64,000 nucleotides of DNA from an uncultured Actinomycetota bacterium (lineage in GTDB: Bacteria; Actinomycetota; Actinomycetes; Mycobacteriales; Mycobacteriaceae): positions 27,008 to 91,007 of the forward strand of contig CAWAWC010000019.1 in NCBI GenBank assembly GCA_963785625.1, read 5' to 3'. Made by a program: the position numbers and the translations under genes. This document shows positions 60,247 to 64,000 of the stretch, in pieces; the first letter of the stretch is position 1, and each line of letters begins with the position of its first letter. The notes under the pieces were generated by a model. The model worked only from the letters and a program-made list of their open reading frames with translations, made no database searches and was not told the origin of the DNA.

Positions 60247-60768
60247 TCAGACCGAATCGCCCGGCTTCTCCTCAGGCCGCTCCACGGCCTGCATCGTCGC
60301 CGGGCTGACTGCCCCTGGATAGCCGTGCTGGCGCCATGCCTCGTAGACGGCGATCGCGGCGGCGTTGGAGAGGTTCAATGAGCGTCGGCCCGCCAGCATG
60401 GGAATGCGCACCTGTGCGGTGATGTGTGGGTCGGCCAGTATCGCAGCGTCCAGCCCGTCGGGCTCCGGACCGAACATCAGCACGTCGCCGGGCCGGTAGC
60501 CGATGTCGGCGAACGGGGTGGCCGCCTGCGCGGTGAAGGCGAACACCCGCGCCGGTGAGAGCGCGTCCCACGCCGCCGGCAACGACGGATGAACGGTGAC
60601 CGACGCCAGGTCGTGGTAGTCCAGTCCGGCCCGCCGGAGTTGGGGCTCGGACAGGTCGAACCCCAGCGGCTCGACCAGATGCAGTTCGCAGCCGGTGGCT
60701 GCCGCCGTCCGGATGGCATTGCCCGTATTGGGGGGGATGCGCGGGGAGTAGAACAGCAGCCGGAACAT
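60247..60768 (-). CDS. trmL: SpoU-family tRNA (cytidine/uridine-2'-O)-methyltransferase TrmL
   Basis: Track ORF 60247..60831 trimmed to ATG 60768. MFRLLFYSPRIPPNTGNAIRTAAATGCELHLVEPLGF... LMFGPE... IPM...RSLNLSNAAAIAVYEA contains the SPOUT motifs. Confidence 0.88.
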   Translation of the reverse strand: MFRLLFYSPRIPPNTGNAIRTAAATGCELHLVEPLGFDLSEPQLRRAGLDYHDLASVTVHPSLPAAWDALSPARVFAFTAQAATPFADIGYRPGDVLMFGPEPDGLDAAILADPHITAQVRIPMLAGRRSLNLSNAAAIAVYEAWRQHGYPGAVSPATMQAVERPEEKPGDSV

Positions 60769-61032
60769 CTGCCGATCATGACAAAGCCGCGCGCGTGTTT
60801 GCCAGGGTCGTACGTGGGCGTACCCCGCCACCGGCGTGGGGTGTCTCTGCTCAGTAACGATTCTGGTGAGCCGGGGCTTGGGCTGTCATACTCGTCGAAT
60901 TGCCACGTTCACCGCTCGCGCCTGTCTGCGCGCGGCGGGTGGAAATAAAGCAGGAAGTTTCATGAGCCTCTCGTTTCTTTCGGCGCCGAATGTGTGCGCA
61001 GCGGCCGGTCGCGCGGCCGTGCCGTCGTGACC

Positions 61033-63828
61033 ATGTTCGCCCGCCCGGCCCACCCGGCCGAGGCGGTTCCGACCGAACTGACAACCGTCCCGGAAGCGCC
61101 CGTCAAACGCCCGCCGGCCTGGTCGCCGAGCAATTGGCCCGTCCGCTGGAAAGTCTTCGCGATCGTGCTGGTACCGCTGGTCTTGGCGACGGTGTTCGGG
61201 GTGCTGCGGATCCAGGGCGCGATGGCCGACGCCAGCGGACTGAGGCTGGCCGCCGCCCGCGCCGACGTGCTACCGGCAATCACGAAATACATGTCGGCCT
61301 TGGATGTCGCACTGCTCGCGAGCTCGACCGACCACGACGTCGAGGCCGCGAAGAAAAACTACGACGCCCGCAAGCACGAGCTGCAGCAGCGGTTGGCGGA
61401 CACCGACGTGACCTCCGACGTCCGATCCGGGGTGACCAACCTGCTCAACGGGGGACAGTCGCTGCTGGACAAGGTGGCCGACAACAGCATCGGTTTACGA
61501 GACCGGGTCACCGCCTATGCGCCGATCCTGCTGACGGCCGAGGACGTCATTAACGCGTCCGTGCACGTCGACGACCGGAAAATCCGCGCCCAGACCGAGG
61601 GCCTGAGCCGCGCTGTCGGGGCCCGCGGGCAGATGACCATGCAGAAGGTCCTGGTGATCCGCGGCGCCGACCTGCCGGAGCCGGAGTTGCGGACGTCGAT
61701 GATCACCCTGGCCGGCACCGAACCGTCGACCCTGTTCGGGATGAGCGAAGTGCTGGGCGCGGGCTCGCCGGAAGCCAAGACGCTCCAGCAGCAGATGGTG
61801 ACCCGGATGGCGATGATGTCCGATCCGGCCACGGTGCTCGTCGACAACCCCGACCTGTTGCGCTCGATCCAGACCACCGACGACATCGCCGAGCAGGTCG
61901 TCAACGACGCCACGGCGTCGGTCACCAAGTCGGTGCAGGCCCAGGCCGACGATCGGCGCCACGCCGCCATCCTCGACACCGTCCTGGTGCTGACCGCCAT
62001 CGTCGTCGCCCTGGTCGTGGTGCTGCTCGTGGCGCGGGCCCTCGTCCGGCCGCTGCGCATGCTGCGCGACGGCGCGCTCAAAGTCGCCCACACCGACCTC
62101 GAGGAGGAGGTCGCCCGGGTCAAGGCCGGTGGCGCCGCGCCGATCCCCGAGCCGCTGCCCGTGTACACCACCGAGGAGATCGGCCAGGTCGCCCACGCGG
62201 TCGACGAACTGCACACCCAGGCCCTGCTGCTGGCCGGTGACGAGGCACGGTTGCGCCTGCTGGTCAACGACATGTTCGAGACCATGTCGCGGCGCAGCCG
62301 TTCCCTGGTCGACCAGCAGCTGTCGGTCATCGACCGGCTGGAGCGGGACGAAGAGGATCCCGAACGCCTCGACAGCCTGTTCCGGCTGGACCACCTCGCG
62401 GCGCGGCTGCGCCGCAACAGCGCCAACCTGCTGGTGCTGGCGGGCGCGCCGCTGGCGCGTGACCAGCGTGACCCGGTCCCGCTGTCGACGGTGGTCAACG
62501 CCGCCGTGTCGGAGGTCGAGGACTACCGCCGCGTGGAGATCGTCGAGCTGCCCGACTGCGCGCTGGTGGGCGCGGCGGCCGGCGGCGTCATTCATCTGTT
62601 CGCCGAGCTGATCGACAACGCCCTGCGGTACTCGCCGCCCACGACAACTGCCCGCGTCTCCGCGACACGAGGCGGCGACGGGGGAGTCCTGCTGCGGATT
62701 TCCGACTCCGGGTTGGGCATGAACGACGCCGACCGGCGCATCGCCAACATGCGGCTGCAGGCCGGCGGCGAGGTCACCCCCGATAACGCCCGCCACATGG
62801 GCCTGTTCGTGGTCGGCCGGATCGCCGCCCGGCACGGCGTCAGGGTGGGGCTGCGCGGCCCGGCGGCCGACGAGGCCGGCTCCGGCACGACCGCCGAGAT
62901 TTACCTGCCGCTCTCGGTCATCGAGGGCACAAGAACCGAAACGCAGCCACGGGCCGACCGGGTACGGGCGGTCACGTCGCCGAGCGCCCAGCTCGCCCAA
63001 CTCGCCGGTGCGCTCACCACGCCGGGGGCCGCCGAACAGCGCGAGCCCGAGCCGGAGAACCACAACGGGCTGCAAGAATCCGCGCCGTCGGTCACGTTGC
63101 TGCCGCGGCGCAGTCCGGGTTCGAGCGGCATCACCGAAGTCCCGACCGAGCCCGCCCGGCAGCAGCCCGTCCGGCAACGGCGCGAGCTGCCCACTCCCTG
63201 GTGGGAGGCCGGGCAACAGAGCACGACGGCGACAGAGCCCAAGCCGACCCCGGCGCCGGCGGTATCGGACACATCGGCGTTCTTTGCCGCGCGGTCCCTG
63301 AAAGCCGCTCAGAGCGCCGACGATAGGGGGCAAACCCCGGCGCCCGAGCCCTCCGGCGCATCCTCGCCCCCGATCCCGGCTGTCCCGAAAGGCCCGACGC
63401 CCCCGGCCGACGACGATGTGATCTACCGGTCGATGCTCGCGGAGATGCTGGGCGACCCGCACGACCTCGTCAACACCCCGGACCTCGACTGGCAGACGGT
63501 CTGGGACCGCGGTTGGACGTTGGCCGCCGAAGCTGAGGAGAAGCCCGTCGAGTCGCTCACCGCCGAGCACGGCCTGCCGGTTCGCAAACCGGGCGAGCGG
63601 CTGGTGCCCGGCGCGGCCAACGGAGTGGGTGCCGCCGAGCACGGCGAGCAAGATCCGGAGGGCCAAGGATTCCAAGGATCCAATGGCTGGCAGTCGCCGC
63701 CCGCGGCACCTGGACCCTTGGTGCGCGACCCCGAGGCGGTGCGCGCCTCCTTCAGCAACCATTTCGGCGGTGTGCGCTCGGGCCGGTCGCACGCTCGCGA
63801 CACGAGCCAAGGGTCCGAGCAGCAATGA
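61033..63828 (+). CDS. Conservon-type sensor histidine-kinase-like protein (Rv3365c/CvnA-like: nitrate/nitrite-sensing-type N-domain, TM, HAMP, HATPase)
   Basis: Track ORF 60994..63828 trimmed to ATG 61033. It has a TM segment [20 protein letters not shown], a second TM plus HAMP region, an ATPase region ([11 protein letters not shown] ... [11 protein letters not shown] ... [13 protein letters not shown]), and a long Pro-rich tail. Confidence 0.85.
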   Translation: MFARPAHPAEAVPTELTTVPEAPVKRPPAWSPSNWPVRWKVFAIVLVPLVLATVFGVLRIQGAMADASGLRLAAARADVLPAITKYMSALDVALLASSTDHDVEAAKKNYDARKHELQQRLADTDVTSDVRSGVTNLLNGGQSLLDKVADNSIGLRDRVTAYAPILLTAEDVINASVHVDDRKIRAQTEGLSRAVGARGQMTMQKVLVIRGADLPEPELRTSMITLAGTEPSTLFGMSEVLGAGSPEAKTLQQQMVTRMAMMSDPATVLVDNPDLLRSIQTTDDIAEQVVNDATASVTKSVQAQADDRRHAAILDTVLVLTAIVVALVVVLLVARALVRPLRMLRDGALKVAHTDLEEEVARVKAGGAAPIPEPLPVYTTEEIGQVAHAVDELHTQALLLAGDEARLRLLVNDMFETMSRRSRSLVDQQLSVIDRLERDEEDPERLDSLFRLDHLAARLRRNSANLLVLAGAPLARDQRDPVPLSTVVNAAVSEVEDYRRVEIVELPDCALVGAAAGGVIHLFAELIDNALRYSPPTTTARVSATRGGDGGVLLRISDSGLGMNDADRRIANMRLQAGGEVTPDNARHMGLFVVGRIAARHGVRVGLRGPAADEAGSGTTAEIYLPLSVIEGTRTETQPRADRVRAVTSPSAQLAQLAGALTTPGAAEQREPEPENHNGLQESAPSVTLLPRRSPGSSGITEVPTEPARQQPVRQRRELPTPWWEAGQQSTTATEPKPTPAPAVSDTSAFFAARSLKAAQSADDRGQTPAPEPSGASSPPIPAVPKGPTPPADDDVIYRSMLAEMLGDPHDLVNTPDLDWQTVWDRGWTLAAEAEEKPVESLTAEHGLPVRKPGERLVPGAANGVGAAEHGEQDPEGQGFQGSNGWQSPPAAPGPLVRDPEAVRASFSNHFGGVRSGRSHARDTSQGSEQQ

Positions 63829-64000
63829 CGGCGCCCGGCAGCTCGCTGGACTGGCTGGTGACGCGATTCGCCCGCGAGGTCCCCGGAGTGGCGCATGCCT
63901 TGCTGGTGTCCGTCGACGGGCTGCCCATCGCCGCCAGTGAGCATCTGCCGCGCGAGCGAGCCGACCAGCTGGCCGCGGTGGCCTCCGGGCTGGCCAGCCT
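63825..64000 (+). CDS. Roadblock/LC7-domain protein (Rv3364c/CvnB-like), 5' part only
   Basis: ATG 63825 overlaps the upstream stop (ATGA). My translation reads [59 protein letters not shown]. The ORF runs off the right edge of the window. Confidence 0.75.
   Translation, partial: MTAPGSSLDWLVTRFAREVPGVAHALLVSVDGLPIAASEHLPRERADQLAAVASGLAS

Overview
This window is a high-GC actinobacterial chromosome segment that I recognise, from gene content and order recalled from memory with no search run, as a Mycobacterium core region. It is collinear, in reverse orientation, with the M. tuberculosis H37Rv interval Rv3448 (eccD4) to Rv3364c.

Gene order, left to right:
- ESX-4 type VII secretion genes: eccD4 (partial), eccC4, an Rv3446c-family gene, esxU and esxT.
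- rplM-rpsI-glmM, then an Rv3440c/Rv3439c-like pair.
- An LLM-class oxidoreductase and an Rv3438-like hydrolase-fold gene.
- glmS, a membrane protein, nnr, gadB, alr and an alpha/beta hydrolase.
- tsaE-tsaB-rimI-tsaD, then CIRCE-controlled groES-groEL1.
- whiB3, an Rv3415c-like gene, sigD-rsdA and a DUF5319-like gene.
- guaB2-guaB3, choD, and a TauD/TetR divergent pair.
- A GH65 phosphorylase with beta-phosphoglucomutase, a redoxin and guaA.
- imuA'-imuB, and later dnaE2, each behind the same SOS box.
- iunH, acrA1, lpqD, htdY, otsB2 and an MFS/TetR pair.
- A nitroreductase, trmL, and the start of a conservon-like sensor-kinase/roadblock operon.

I call about 60 CDS. I saw no rRNA, tRNA, CRISPR array, transposase or integrase. 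Many long Arg/Pro/Ala-rich ORFs in the six-frame track are antisense or off-frame artefacts of the GC content.

Most of the window is ordinary housekeeping DNA. The most unusual object sits in a three-gene insertion between groEL1 and whiB3. It is an orphan 136-codon minus-strand ORF (28064-28474) built from one unbroken period-3 register of 36 triplets, [G/A]-[S/T/V]-x switching to 11 cysteines spaced exactly CxxC, and I cannot place it in a known family.

Other points worth a second look:
- The Rv3440c/Rv3439c-like pair near ESX-4 carries a YxxxE motif on one protein and a WxG motif on the other.
- A roughly 500-bp low-GC spacer with repeated motifs lies upstream of glmS, next to a tiny HTH-like ORF.
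- The SOS-box, -10 and leaderless arrangement at dnaE2 follows a 17-bp tandem duplication.
- A decayed 2OG-Fe dioxygenase fragment abuts iunH.
- Several operator- or promoter-like palindromes are present.

All functional calls rest on reading the translations and on recalled family knowledge. None has been verified by search.
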